A stretch of 64,000 bases of DNA from Bacteroidales bacterium (GTDB taxonomy: Bacteria > Bacteroidota > Bacteroidia > Bacteroidales > UBA10428). Where the stretch lies: contig JAFGBD010000021.1 in NCBI GenBank assembly GCA_016933335.1, positions 7,665-71,664 on the forward strand, given 5' to 3'. Positions 46,513 through 55,444 of this stretch are shown piece by piece (the first letter of the stretch is position 1; every line of letters begins with the position of its first letter). A model generated the notes under the pieces. That model worked only from the letters and a program-made list of their open reading frames with translations. It made no database searches and was not told the DNA's origin. Made by a program: the position numbers and the translations under genes.

Positions 46513-48063
46513 ATGACTTTAAAACATAAATCAGTATTTTTCTTACCCCTGTTTTATTTTCTTTGCTTTCAGTTAGCTGCATATTCTCAGATAGATCCTG
46601 CCGATGCTTTTGACAGTCTATTTATCGATGTTCAGCTGAAACAGGTGTTCAGTGATCAGAAAAAATTCACTGATTGTGAACCCTTATACCCTCCTGATGA
46701 AATTCTCAGGAAATACAACCTTGAAAAAAAGCTCCCGTCTTTCAACCTCAGAAGTTTTGTAGCCGGAAATTTTGATACGTCATTGACTGATACTTCCACC
46801 ATTTTAAATCATATCGGTTATTTATGGCCCTGTCTGACAAAGCATACTGACCAGGGCCGTGTAAATTCTTCCCTGATTCCTTTGCCTTTTCCATATATCG
46901 TTCCCGGTGGCAGGTTCAGGGAGATGTATTACTGGGACAGCTATTTCACCATGCTTGGTCTTGCAGAATCAGGTAAATATGATTTAATTCAGAATATGAC
47001 AGATAATTTCTGTTACCTGATCGCGAAATTCGGACATATACCCAATGGCAACCGCACATACTACCTTAGCCGGTCACAGCCTCCATACTTTTCATTGATG
47101 ATTGAATTACTGGCAAAAGAAGCAGGTGATTCTGCATATTTAAAATATCTTAATTGCATGGAACAGGAATACCGGTTCTGGATGAGGGGAATCCGCGAAT
47201 TGAATATGACACGGAATGTATGTGAGAGGGTGGTTATGCCCGAGGAGGATGAAATACTGAACAGATACTGGGATTCATTGTCAAAGCCCCGCCCCGAATC
47301 TTATCATACAGATGTGGCATTATTCCGGACATCTGACAGGGACAATTCATTATACCGAAATATCAGGGCAACCGCAGAATCAGGATGGGATTTCAGCAGC
47401 CGCTGGTTAAAAGGCGATACTTCCATGCAAAATATTTATACAACGGAAATTCTTCCCGTTGATTTAAACTGTCTGCTGCATCATCTTGAAATGACCCTGT
47501 ATAAATGCCATGAATTAAAAGGAAATGAAAAAAAGATGTCAGAACGATATCTGGAAAAAGCCGGGATCAGGAAAGAACTTATCAATAAATATTTCTGGAA
47601 TGATGATAAAGGTTTTTATTTTGATTACAATTTTGCAGAAAATATGCAATCAGATTCATACACCCTTGCCGGTGTATTCCCGCTGTTTTTCAGAATTGCA
47701 AACGAACAACAGGCAGGCAAAGTGGCTCATATCATAAAAGAAAGATTTCTTAAAAAAGGGGGTGTTGTCACCACTATGATAAACACCGGCGAACAATGGG
47801 ACTATCCCAACGGATGGGCTCCCCTGCAATGGATAACTTACAAAGGCCTGAAAAACTATGGTTACGATGCACTGGCTGATTCGATTGCCAGGCGCTGGCT
47901 TGATCTGAATATGAAGGTTTTCTTTGAAACCGGTAAAATGATGGAAAAATATGATGTCGTCGATATCAACAGACCTGGCGGTGGCGGCGAGTATCCCCTG
48001 CAGGATGGTTTTGGATGGACAAACGGTGTCTTTCTGAAATTATATAATGAGCTGAATGAATAA
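46513..48063 (+). CDS. treA: periplasmic alpha,alpha-trehalase (GH37)
   Basis: Signal peptide (AAYS|Q). GH37 signatures 'PGGRFREMYYWDSYF', 'RSQPPYF', 'ESGWDFSSRW' and 'QDGFGWTNGV'. Confidence 0.92.
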   Translation: MTLKHKSVFFLPLFYFLCFQLAAYSQIDPADAFDSLFIDVQLKQVFSDQKKFTDCEPLYPPDEILRKYNLEKKLPSFNLRSFVAGNFDTSLTDTSTILNHIGYLWPCLTKHTDQGRVNSSLIPLPFPYIVPGGRFREMYYWDSYFTMLGLAESGKYDLIQNMTDNFCYLIAKFGHIPNGNRTYYLSRSQPPYFSLMIELLAKEAGDSAYLKYLNCMEQEYRFWMRGIRELNMTRNVCERVVMPEEDEILNRYWDSLSKPRPESYHTDVALFRTSDRDNSLYRNIRATAESGWDFSSRWLKGDTSMQNIYTTEILPVDLNCLLHHLEMTLYKCHELKGNEKKMSERYLEKAGIRKELINKYFWNDDKGFYFDYNFAENMQSDSYTLAGVFPLFFRIANEQQAGKVAHIIKERFLKKGGVVTTMINTGEQWDYPNGWAPLQWITYKGLKNYGYDALADSIARRWLDLNMKVFFETGKMMEKYDVVDINRPGGGGEYPLQDGFGWTNGVFLKLYNELNE

Positions 48064-48125
48064 GAAATCCTGATCCTCAGCCAGGCAACGGATCAATGCA
48101 ATGAGCTTATTGTTAAATGAATGAA

Positions 48126-48587
48126 CTATACCAATCCCGCTTTCCTTAAAATCTTTTTATCGATCAGACCGATGTTGCTGAAAAGTGTATCCTTTTCGTT
48201 TATTATTCTGCTGACAGCTCTTTTGGTATTGTTGCGCGGATTGCTGTCTGAATTTCTGATGGCATGTGCAATTTCACTGAACTGCCTGTCTAATGGTTTG
48301 TCTTTCCAGGTTCCTGTCAGTCTTGGCTCCAGAATGTTCATGTAAGTTTCACGCTTGTTCTCATAATACCACTTCACCCCCGAACAGCTTAAAAACTTAC
48401 TGTTTTTGGGCTGCATTGAAATATCAAGTCCCGTTACCGGGCATCTTTTTACCCCGGGTGTCTTTGCCGGTCGCTTTCCCGGATGGATAATAACATCAAT
48501 AAAAGTGTAAATTTTATTAAGCAAATGATATTCCATGATATGCATTTTTTTTAACTGCCACCAATGGCAATTTAATAAATAATTCAC
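48126..48587 (-). CDS. hypothetical protein (up to 153 aa; the start is uncertain)
   Basis: ORF divergent from the czc operon with basic, Cys-containing segments ('GKRPAKTPGVKRCPVTGLDIS...FLSCSGVKWYYE'). I recognise no family. Met15 or Met18 are alternative starts. Confidence 0.4.
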   Translation of the reverse strand: MNYLLNCHWWQLKKMHIMEYHLLNKIYTFIDVIIHPGKRPAKTPGVKRCPVTGLDISMQPKNSKFLSCSGVKWYYENKRETYMNILEPRLTGTWKDKPLDRQFSEIAHAIRNSDSNPRNNTKRAVSRIINEKDTLFSNIGLIDKKILRKAGLV

Positions 48588-48727
48588 GCTGGATCAACTT
48601 TATAGCACGTTATTTTTCAACTGTTTATAACTTTTGTCTGTGCTGCTGAAATCCTGAAAGATCATCCATCATCCTTTTGTATTGATTTTAATTTTCTAAT
48701 TTTATTGAATAATAATTCAAACCGTTC

Positions 48728-51700
48728 ATGTTCCGGAAAGTTATAGAGTTTTCCATACAGAATAAAGCCATCATCGGTTTCCTGGTAATTGTGATGATTG
48801 GTTTCGGGATCTATTCCATGACACAATTACCCATTGATGCTGTTCCTGATATCACAAACAACCAGGTTCAGGTTGTTACCACAGCCCCTTCTCTTTCACC
48901 CCAGGAGGTGGAACGGTTCATAACCTATCCGCTTGAAATCTCTATGGCCAATATTACCGATGTTATTGAAATAAGAAGTATTTCACGGTATGGTTTATCG
49001 GTACTTACCATCGTATTTAAAGAAAAAGTACCGATTCTGCATGCCCGTCAGCTTGTAAGCGAACAGATAAAGCTTGCTGAATCTGATATTCCCGAAGGTC
49101 TGGGAATACCGGAAATGCTTCCCATCACAACCGGTCTGGGTGAAGTTTTTCAATATACCCTTGAGGTGAAAAAAGGATATGAAGGTAAATACTCGGCAAC
49201 AGATTTACGTGAAATCCAGGACTGGATTATAAAACGACAATTGTCAGGAATTCCTGGTATTGTTGAAATCAGCAGTTTCGGCGGATATCTGAAGCAATTT
49301 GAAATTGCTGTTGATCCCATGCGCATGAAGAGCCTCAGACTGACCTGCTCTGATGTTTTTGAAGCTGTAAGCAAAAATAACCAGAACACGGGCGGAAGCT
49401 ATATCGAAAAATCCGCCAACGCATATTACATCCGGACAGAAGGACTTCTAAAAAATATCAGTGACATTGAAAATGTCGTTGTTACAAACAGAAACGGAAA
49501 TCCGGTTCTTATCAAACATATTGCGGATGTTTACATTGGATTTGCACCCCGTTTCGGGGCAATGACCAAAAACGGGAAAGGTGAAGCAGTGGGAGGAATC
49601 ACCCTCATGCTGAAAGGTGCCAGCTCTTCAAAAGTTGTCAAAGAAGTCAAAGAAAAAATAAAAAGAGTGGAGAAGTCACTGCCTGAAGGCATTACCATCA
49701 ATCCTTACCTGGACAGGGCTGAATTAATCTCCAAAACAACGAATACCGTAACAAAAAATCTCATCGAAGGAGGTCTGATCGTCATATTTATTCTTGTTCT
49801 TCTGCTTGGCCATTTTCGTTCAGGTTTGATAGTGGCTTCGGTAATTCCGCTATCGATGCTGTTTGGTTTTATCATGATGCATATTTTTGGCGTATCTGCC
49901 AACCTGATGTCGCTTGGGGCAATTGACTTCGGTATTGTGGTGGACGGTGCCGTTATCATTGTTGAGAGTATTATTTATCATGTATATAAAGACCATGTGG
50001 GAAAGGTCCTTTCCCGGAAAGAGACAGATACAGTTGTAAAAAAAGCATCCGCCAGCATCTATCAGTCAGCCTCATTTGGTGTAATTATCATTCTTATCGT
50101 TTTTATTCCTATTATGGCGCTGACAGGTATAGAAGGCAAGACTTTCAGACCAATGGCCCAGACATTCTGTTTTGTAATTCTCGGTGCTTTTTTTCTTTCC
50201 ATGACCTATGTGCCTATGATGTCGGCCCTGCTGCTGAATAAAAAGATTGAATATAAAAAAACACTCTCTGACAGGGTGATCAGATTTCTGAAACTAACTT
50301 ATCATCCGATACTTAAATTTTCACTGGCAAATAAATATACCATTCTTATCGTTACCGCAATTGTGTTTATGATCAGTATCTGGTCGTTCACAAAACTGGG
50401 GGGAGAATTTGTCCCGACACTTGAGGAAGGAGACCTTGCCATGCAGATGACAATACCTGCCGGCAGCTCACTTTCTCAAAGCATCATTACAACAACCAGG
50501 GCAGAAAAAATCCTGATGGAGAATTTCCCTGAAGTACAACAGGTCATTTCAAAAATCGGAACTGCCGAAGTACCTACAGATCCAATGGCCATTGAAGACG
50601 CTGATATCATGATCATATTAAAGGATAAAAAACAATGGGTAAGTGCAAAAAACCGTGAAGAACTGATTGAAAAAATGAAGGCAAAGCTTGGTGTCATTAC
50701 AGCAGCGCAATTTGAATTCACCCAGCCGATACAGCTTCGTTTCAACGAGCTGATAACCGGAGTGAAAACAGACATCGCCGTTAAAATATATGGTGAAGAT
50801 CTTGATGAACTCTATGCACAGGCAAACAAAGCTGCCGGAATAATATCGAAACTTGAAGGTGCAGCTGACGTTAAAGTTGAACAAATCACAGGATTACCGC
50901 AGCTTGTTATTCAGTTCGATCATAAAAAAATTGCCCGGTACGGATTAAATATCAGCCAGCTTAACTCCATCATACGAACTGCTTATGCCGGAGAGAAGGC
51001 AGGTGTTATTTTTGAGGGTGAAAGAAAATTCGATCTGGTTGTAAGAATGGATTCCTCCCTGCGTACAGAACTGAATCTGAATAAACTTTCTGTGCCGACG
51101 CCTGACGGTCAGATCATACCTTTGAGTGAAGTCGCCAAAGCTGTTTATATTGAAGGTCCGGTCCATATAGCACGTGACGGAACAAAACGCCGGATAACAA
51201 TCGGGATCAATGTCAGAAATCGCGATATCCAGAGCCTGGTCAGTGAAATTGATAATAAACTTGCATCCGGGCTGATCCTGAAACCCGGATACTACACTAC
51301 CTATGGAGGCCAGTTTGAAAACCTTCAGAATGCAAAGAAAAGACTGACGGTTGCCCTGCCAGTTGCACTTTTACTCATACTCATTATGCTGTTTTTTACA
51401 TTCAATTCCATTAAGTATGCTTTATTGATATTCACTGCTGTTCCTCTTTCTGCAGTGGGTGGCATTGCAGCACTGTGGATCCGGGGACTGCCTTTCAGCA
51501 TCTCTGCGGGTGTCGGTTTTATCGCTCTTTTTGGTGTGGCTGTTTTAAACGGAATCGTACTTATCTCCAATTACAATGAAATGAAGGCTCAGGGGATTGA
51601 AAACATAAAATACATCGTGATCAAAGGAGCATGTACCCGCCTTCGTCCGGTTATGATGACTGCAACCACCGATATTCTGGGATTTCTTCCTATGGCAGTT

Positions 51701-53056
51701 GCTGTGTCGGCAGGTGCTGAGGTACAGAGGCCATTGGCTACCGTGGTTATCGGAGGAATTATCACATCAACAATGCTGACACTGATCATTTTACCGATTT
51801 TATACCTGCTGATCAACCAGGAAAGAAAATCCGGCCCTGTTTTTCGAAAATTTAAGAAACCCGCTCTTATTATGATATCGTTTATTATCTTGTTTCCTGC
51901 TCTTGTCCGTTCACAGGAAACATCCTTCAAAAAGCTTACGGCTGACGAAGCAGTGAGACTTGCTCTCGCAAATAATGCCGTGACCAGAAATGCCGTATTG
52001 GAGGTTGAAAAAGCAAAAGCTTTAAAAAACGGTGCATTCCAATTTCAGCCAACAGAATTTGTCTATCAGTATGGCCAGATCAATTCACCTGTTAATGACA
52101 GGTACATTGAAATCAATCAGGATTTTGGCTCTTTGCTGCAACACATCAATCGCCACAGGGCTTACAATAAATTATGGGAGCTCAGCCGGATCGAAAATGA
52201 GATCATTAACAAAGAACTAACTGCACAGGTTAAGTCAGCCTATTATTTCTGGATTTATCTCCATAACAGACTTGAAATTCTCAATGAGCAAAAAAACCTG
52301 TATTCAGATCTAATTCGTATTTCAGAATTGCATTATAAACTGGGAGCCACAAATCTGCTTGAAAAAACAATGGCTGCTGCCCGGCAGGCACAGGTTGAAA
52401 TTGAATACAATATGCTTCAGGACGACCTCATTATTGCTCAGAATAAACTGAAACAACTGATTGTGACCGATGAGGAAATCATTCCGGCTAGTCCTGAACT
52501 CGTATTATACATGGTTTCAAAACCTTCTCCTGATTCAGATTACAAGGGCAAACTGCTGCTTTCATTACTTGAAAAAAACAGTGAGGTGAAACAGGCTCAG
52601 CTTGGAACAGAAAGATCAGCATTTTTCCCTGAAATTTCTGCCGGCTATTTTTATCAGGATATCGGAGCATTCAAGGGCTTGTATGGCTGGCAGATCGGCT
52701 TGGCATTCCCGTTATGGTTCCCCCCCGTGAATTCAAATATAAAAAAAGCAAAAGCCGAACGTGACATTGAATTGAATACACTGGAACAACACAAGTTCAG
52801 CATCGAAAAAGATATTGAAAACCTGCTGTTTGATCTAAACAAATATTTCAAACAAATTGAGTTTTTTAAAAAGTACGCACTTGTGCAGGCCGATGAACTT
52901 ATAAAAACTGCCAGCATTCAATTCAACAAGGAGGAGATAGAATATACCGAATTCATCCATGGCATTTCTACCGGATTGAATCTCAAAATGGAGTATCTTG
53001 AAACCATTAATAATTATAATCAGACCGCCATACAATTGGAAATATATGCAAACTGA
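48728..53056 (+). CDS. czcA: CusA/CzcA-family heavy-metal RND pump fused in-frame to a CzcC/TolC-like outer-membrane factor (1442 aa)
   Basis: Residues 1 to ~1038 form a full 12-TM CzcA ('AIDFGIVVDGAVIIVE', 'GVAVLNGIVLIS'). Residues 1039-1063 are signal-peptide-like ('FRKFKKPALIMISFIILFPALVRS|Q'). Residues 1064-1442 form a two-repeat OEP/TolC-like domain. No stop codon or frameshift lies between the parts. Confidence 0.9.
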   Translation: MFRKVIEFSIQNKAIIGFLVIVMIGFGIYSMTQLPIDAVPDITNNQVQVVTTAPSLSPQEVERFITYPLEISMANITDVIEIRSISRYGLSVLTIVFKEKVPILHARQLVSEQIKLAESDIPEGLGIPEMLPITTGLGEVFQYTLEVKKGYEGKYSATDLREIQDWIIKRQLSGIPGIVEISSFGGYLKQFEIAVDPMRMKSLRLTCSDVFEAVSKNNQNTGGSYIEKSANAYYIRTEGLLKNISDIENVVVTNRNGNPVLIKHIADVYIGFAPRFGAMTKNGKGEAVGGITLMLKGASSSKVVKEVKEKIKRVEKSLPEGITINPYLDRAELISKTTNTVTKNLIEGGLIVIFILVLLLGHFRSGLIVASVIPLSMLFGFIMMHIFGVSANLMSLGAIDFGIVVDGAVIIVESIIYHVYKDHVGKVLSRKETDTVVKKASASIYQSASFGVIIILIVFIPIMALTGIEGKTFRPMAQTFCFVILGAFFLSMTYVPMMSALLLNKKIEYKKTLSDRVIRFLKLTYHPILKFSLANKYTILIVTAIVFMISIWSFTKLGGEFVPTLEEGDLAMQMTIPAGSSLSQSIITTTRAEKILMENFPEVQQVISKIGTAEVPTDPMAIEDADIMIILKDKKQWVSAKNREELIEKMKAKLGVITAAQFEFTQPIQLRFNELITGVKTDIAVKIYGEDLDELYAQANKAAGIISKLEGAADVKVEQITGLPQLVIQFDHKKIARYGLNISQLNSIIRTAYAGEKAGVIFEGERKFDLVVRMDSSLRTELNLNKLSVPTPDGQIIPLSEVAKAVYIEGPVHIARDGTKRRITIGINVRNRDIQSLVSEIDNKLASGLILKPGYYTTYGGQFENLQNAKKRLTVALPVALLLILIMLFFTFNSIKYALLIFTAVPLSAVGGIAALWIRGLPFSISAGVGFIALFGVAVLNGIVLISNYNEMKAQGIENIKYIVIKGACTRLRPVMMTATTDILGFLPMAVAVSAGAEVQRPLATVVIGGIITSTMLTLIILPILYLLINQERKSGPVFRKFKKPALIMISFIILFPALVRSQETSFKKLTADEAVRLALANNAVTRNAVLEVEKAKALKNGAFQFQPTEFVYQYGQINSPVNDRYIEINQDFGSLLQHINRHRAYNKLWELSRIENEIINKELTAQVKSAYYFWIYLHNRLEILNEQKNLYSDLIRISELHYKLGATNLLEKTMAAARQAQVEIEYNMLQDDLIIAQNKLKQLIVTDEEIIPASPELVLYMVSKPSPDSDYKGKLLLSLLEKNSEVKQAQLGTERSAFFPEISAGYFYQDIGAFKGLYGWQIGLAFPLWFPPVNSNIKKAKAERDIELNTLEQHKFSIEKDIENLLFDLNKYFKQIEFFKKYALVQADELIKTASIQFNKEEIEYTEFIHGISTGLNLKMEYLETINNYNQTAIQLEIYAN

Positions 53057-53063
53057 AAAAACT

Positions 53064-54191
53064 ATGAAGGTTTTATTAATTTTAATTTCTGCTCTTATTT
53101 TAACCGGATGTAAAAGCAACAGATCGGTGAATACCATAGATGATTCTGCTGCATTACCTGAAAATACAGTTGTTTTGAATAAGGAACAGATAAAACTGGC
53201 AAATATCTCCACAGGAAAGATCCGGAAAATGCTGATGGGTAAAACTGTTGAATGCAACGGAACCGTTGAATCACATCCGAATTCCGTTGCCGTCATCAAT
53301 GCTCCGATGGGTGGCTATATCAGGAGTGTTTCTTATATCCCCGGAAATTATGTGGCAAAAGGAACTGTCATTGCTGTTCTTGAACACCCTGATTACATCA
53401 GGTTACAACAGGAATTTCTCGAGACTAAAAACAAGCTTGAACTTTACCAGGAAGAGTTTAAACGGCAGGGTGAACTGACCGTTGAAAATGCTTCTTCGAT
53501 AAAGAAGATGCAGCAGGCGCAGGCTGATTACAGAATTACTGAAGTACACTATCTTTCACTTAAAGCACAGCTGAAACTCATTGGAATAAACGCCGACAGC
53601 CTGTACACTGACGGAATAAAAACCAGCATCCGGATCAGGGCGCCAATAAGCGGTACCATCTCCAGGGTAAATGCCTCCATTGGTAAATATTCCGGCCCTG
53701 ATGATATGATTTATGAAATAGTCAATACCAATGATTTACATCTTCACCTGAAGATTTTTGAAAAAGATATGACTATGATTAAAAAAGGATTACATGTAAA
53801 TTTCTGGTCAATGGGTGTTCCCGGTCAAAAATACAACGCCACCATCAATACGATTGGCCAGAAACTGGATGAAGCAAGCAATACCTTTGATATCCATGCC
53901 CGGATTCAGTCAGGACGTGACCAGCTGAAAACAGGGATGCATGTTTATGCCGAAATCTTCTTATCCCGGGATTCGGTTTATGCATTACCCATTGAAGCAT
54001 TAGTTACTTCAGGTGACAGCAGGTTTGCTTTCCTTTCGGATGATTCCCTCTTCACCAGGTTCGAAGTAAAGTCCGGAATACAACAATCTGACTTTGTTGA
54101 ATTGATTGATTTGCCCGATTCGCTCACCAAAAGAGATATGGTTATTTCCGGTGCATATTATCTGAATGCCGAAATGCAGGCAGAACAATAA
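53064..54191 (+). CDS. efflux RND periplasmic adaptor (CzcB-like) lipoprotein
   Basis: Lipobox 'ILTGC' after Met 53064. Barrel-sandwich/coiled-coil/beta-barrel blocks ('IRAPISGTISRV'). It directly follows the czcA fusion. Confidence 0.85.
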   Translation: MKVLLILISALILTGCKSNRSVNTIDDSAALPENTVVLNKEQIKLANISTGKIRKMLMGKTVECNGTVESHPNSVAVINAPMGGYIRSVSYIPGNYVAKGTVIAVLEHPDYIRLQQEFLETKNKLELYQEEFKRQGELTVENASSIKKMQQAQADYRITEVHYLSLKAQLKLIGINADSLYTDGIKTSIRIRAPISGTISRVNASIGKYSGPDDMIYEIVNTNDLHLHLKIFEKDMTMIKKGLHVNFWSMGVPGQKYNATINTIGQKLDEASNTFDIHARIQSGRDQLKTGMHVYAEIFLSRDSVYALPIEALVTSGDSRFAFLSDDSLFTRFEVKSGIQQSDFVELIDLPDSLTKRDMVISGAYYLNAEMQAEQ

Positions 54192-54290
54192 TATCATGCA
54201 ACTTCCGTTGTTTTAAACTCAATACAGATTTCAGAAAGCAAATAAATGTAAAAACAGGTTTAAATCAATCCATACAATACATACTTATTG

Positions 54291-54298
54291 TATATTTG
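54291..54298 (+). promoter_or_regulatory. Bacteroidetes -7 box TATATTTG
   Basis: Matches TAnnTTTG 33 nt upstream of the ATG at 54331. Confidence 0.4.
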
Positions 54299-54330
54299 CC
54301 ATTATTAACCCCATAACTTAATAAAAACAC

Positions 54331-55239
54331 ATGGAAACAAAGGATACTCCAAACAATAAAAGTTATCTGGATCATGAACCCAGAAAAAGATCCACAACTA
54401 TCTTAATGATCATAATTGGTCTGCTAACTATTGCTTTAACAGTATTGGGAATAACATTATATCAGAACAACCAGAAATATAATGAGGAAAGGCAGATTAT
54501 TGTCGAGGAAAAGATGGATCTGGAAAGACAGTTGAATGAAATGATTATTGAATATGATGATCTGAAGACCGAAAATGACAGTATTAACACTTTGCTTACA
54601 ACAGAACAGGAAAAAATAAAAAGATTGTTAAGAATTGATGCTTCCAATGCCCAGAAAATCAAAATGTATAAAAAGGAACTAGAAACCTTGCGAAAAGTGA
54701 TGCGAAGCTATATAGTTCAAATTGACTCTTTAAACACAAGAAACAGGGAACTGACCGAGGAAAACATCCAGGTTCGCACAGAACTTGCAAGGGTGGAACA
54801 GGATCGGGATGTTTTGACAAAAGAAAAAGAAGATCTTTCATCACAGGTAGCCGTAGCTTCTGTTCTAAGTGCAAAAAACATCATTGCAGAAGGCCTGAAT
54901 AAAAGAAGCAAACCAAATGATAAATCAAGTAAAGTGGAAAAGATAAGAGTCTGTTTTACCATTCGTGAAAATGCAATCGCAAAGCCAGGCAAAAAAATAA
55001 TTTACTTACGGATTCTCCGTCCGGACGAGGTCGTTCTGACTGCAGGCGGAAGTACCATGATTGAAATTAATGGCGAAGAACTTGTTTACACTGAATACCG
55101 TGAACTTGAATATGAGAACCATGACATTGATATGTGCATTTACTGGGATAAGACAGAGGAATTGATTTCGGGTACCTATACCGTTTACCTCTATTCGGAA
55201 GGTGCCGAGATTGGATCCACAACACTTGACCTGAAATGA
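54331..55239 (+). CDS. membrane-anchored coiled-coil protein with a C-terminal beta-rich domain (hypothetical)
   Basis: N-terminal cytoplasmic tail, one TM ('TTILMIIIGLLTIALTVLGITLY'), about 130 aa of heptad-rich sequence, then a ~110-aa non-helical domain. It has its own promoter box. Confidence 0.6.
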   Translation: METKDTPNNKSYLDHEPRKRSTTILMIIIGLLTIALTVLGITLYQNNQKYNEERQIIVEEKMDLERQLNEMIIEYDDLKTENDSINTLLTTEQEKIKRLLRIDASNAQKIKMYKKELETLRKVMRSYIVQIDSLNTRNRELTEENIQVRTELARVEQDRDVLTKEKEDLSSQVAVASVLSAKNIIAEGLNKRSKPNDKSSKVEKIRVCFTIRENAIAKPGKKIIYLRILRPDEVVLTAGGSTMIEINGEELVYTEYRELEYENHDIDMCIYWDKTEELISGTYTVYLYSEGAEIGSTTLDLK

Positions 55240-55444
55240 CAGAATCAGTATATAACGTTCTGTATGACAAGCCCCGCAAAATATCCGGGGCTTTTTTAAT
55301 TATCTCCCTTCAGCCTGTAAATCAGTTTTTACTGAATCTGATTACGATGACAATCTCATATATCCTGACACACTATATTCCATTATTTGACGATAAACTT
55401 ATATTTTTTAATTTTATCGGCTGACCTGAACAAATACACCTGGT

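Noticed and set aside
48121-48345. 74-aa plus-strand ORF after the trehalase gene
   Set aside because: It is antisense to the 153-aa minus-strand ORF. The product is hydrophobic and low in complexity, with no start context. It is the less plausible of the two overlapping ORFs, although neither is strongly supported.
52835-53299. 154-aa ORF on the minus strand across the czcA/adaptor junction
   Set aside because: It is antisense to two strongly supported genes and I recognise no family. This is a shadow ORF.
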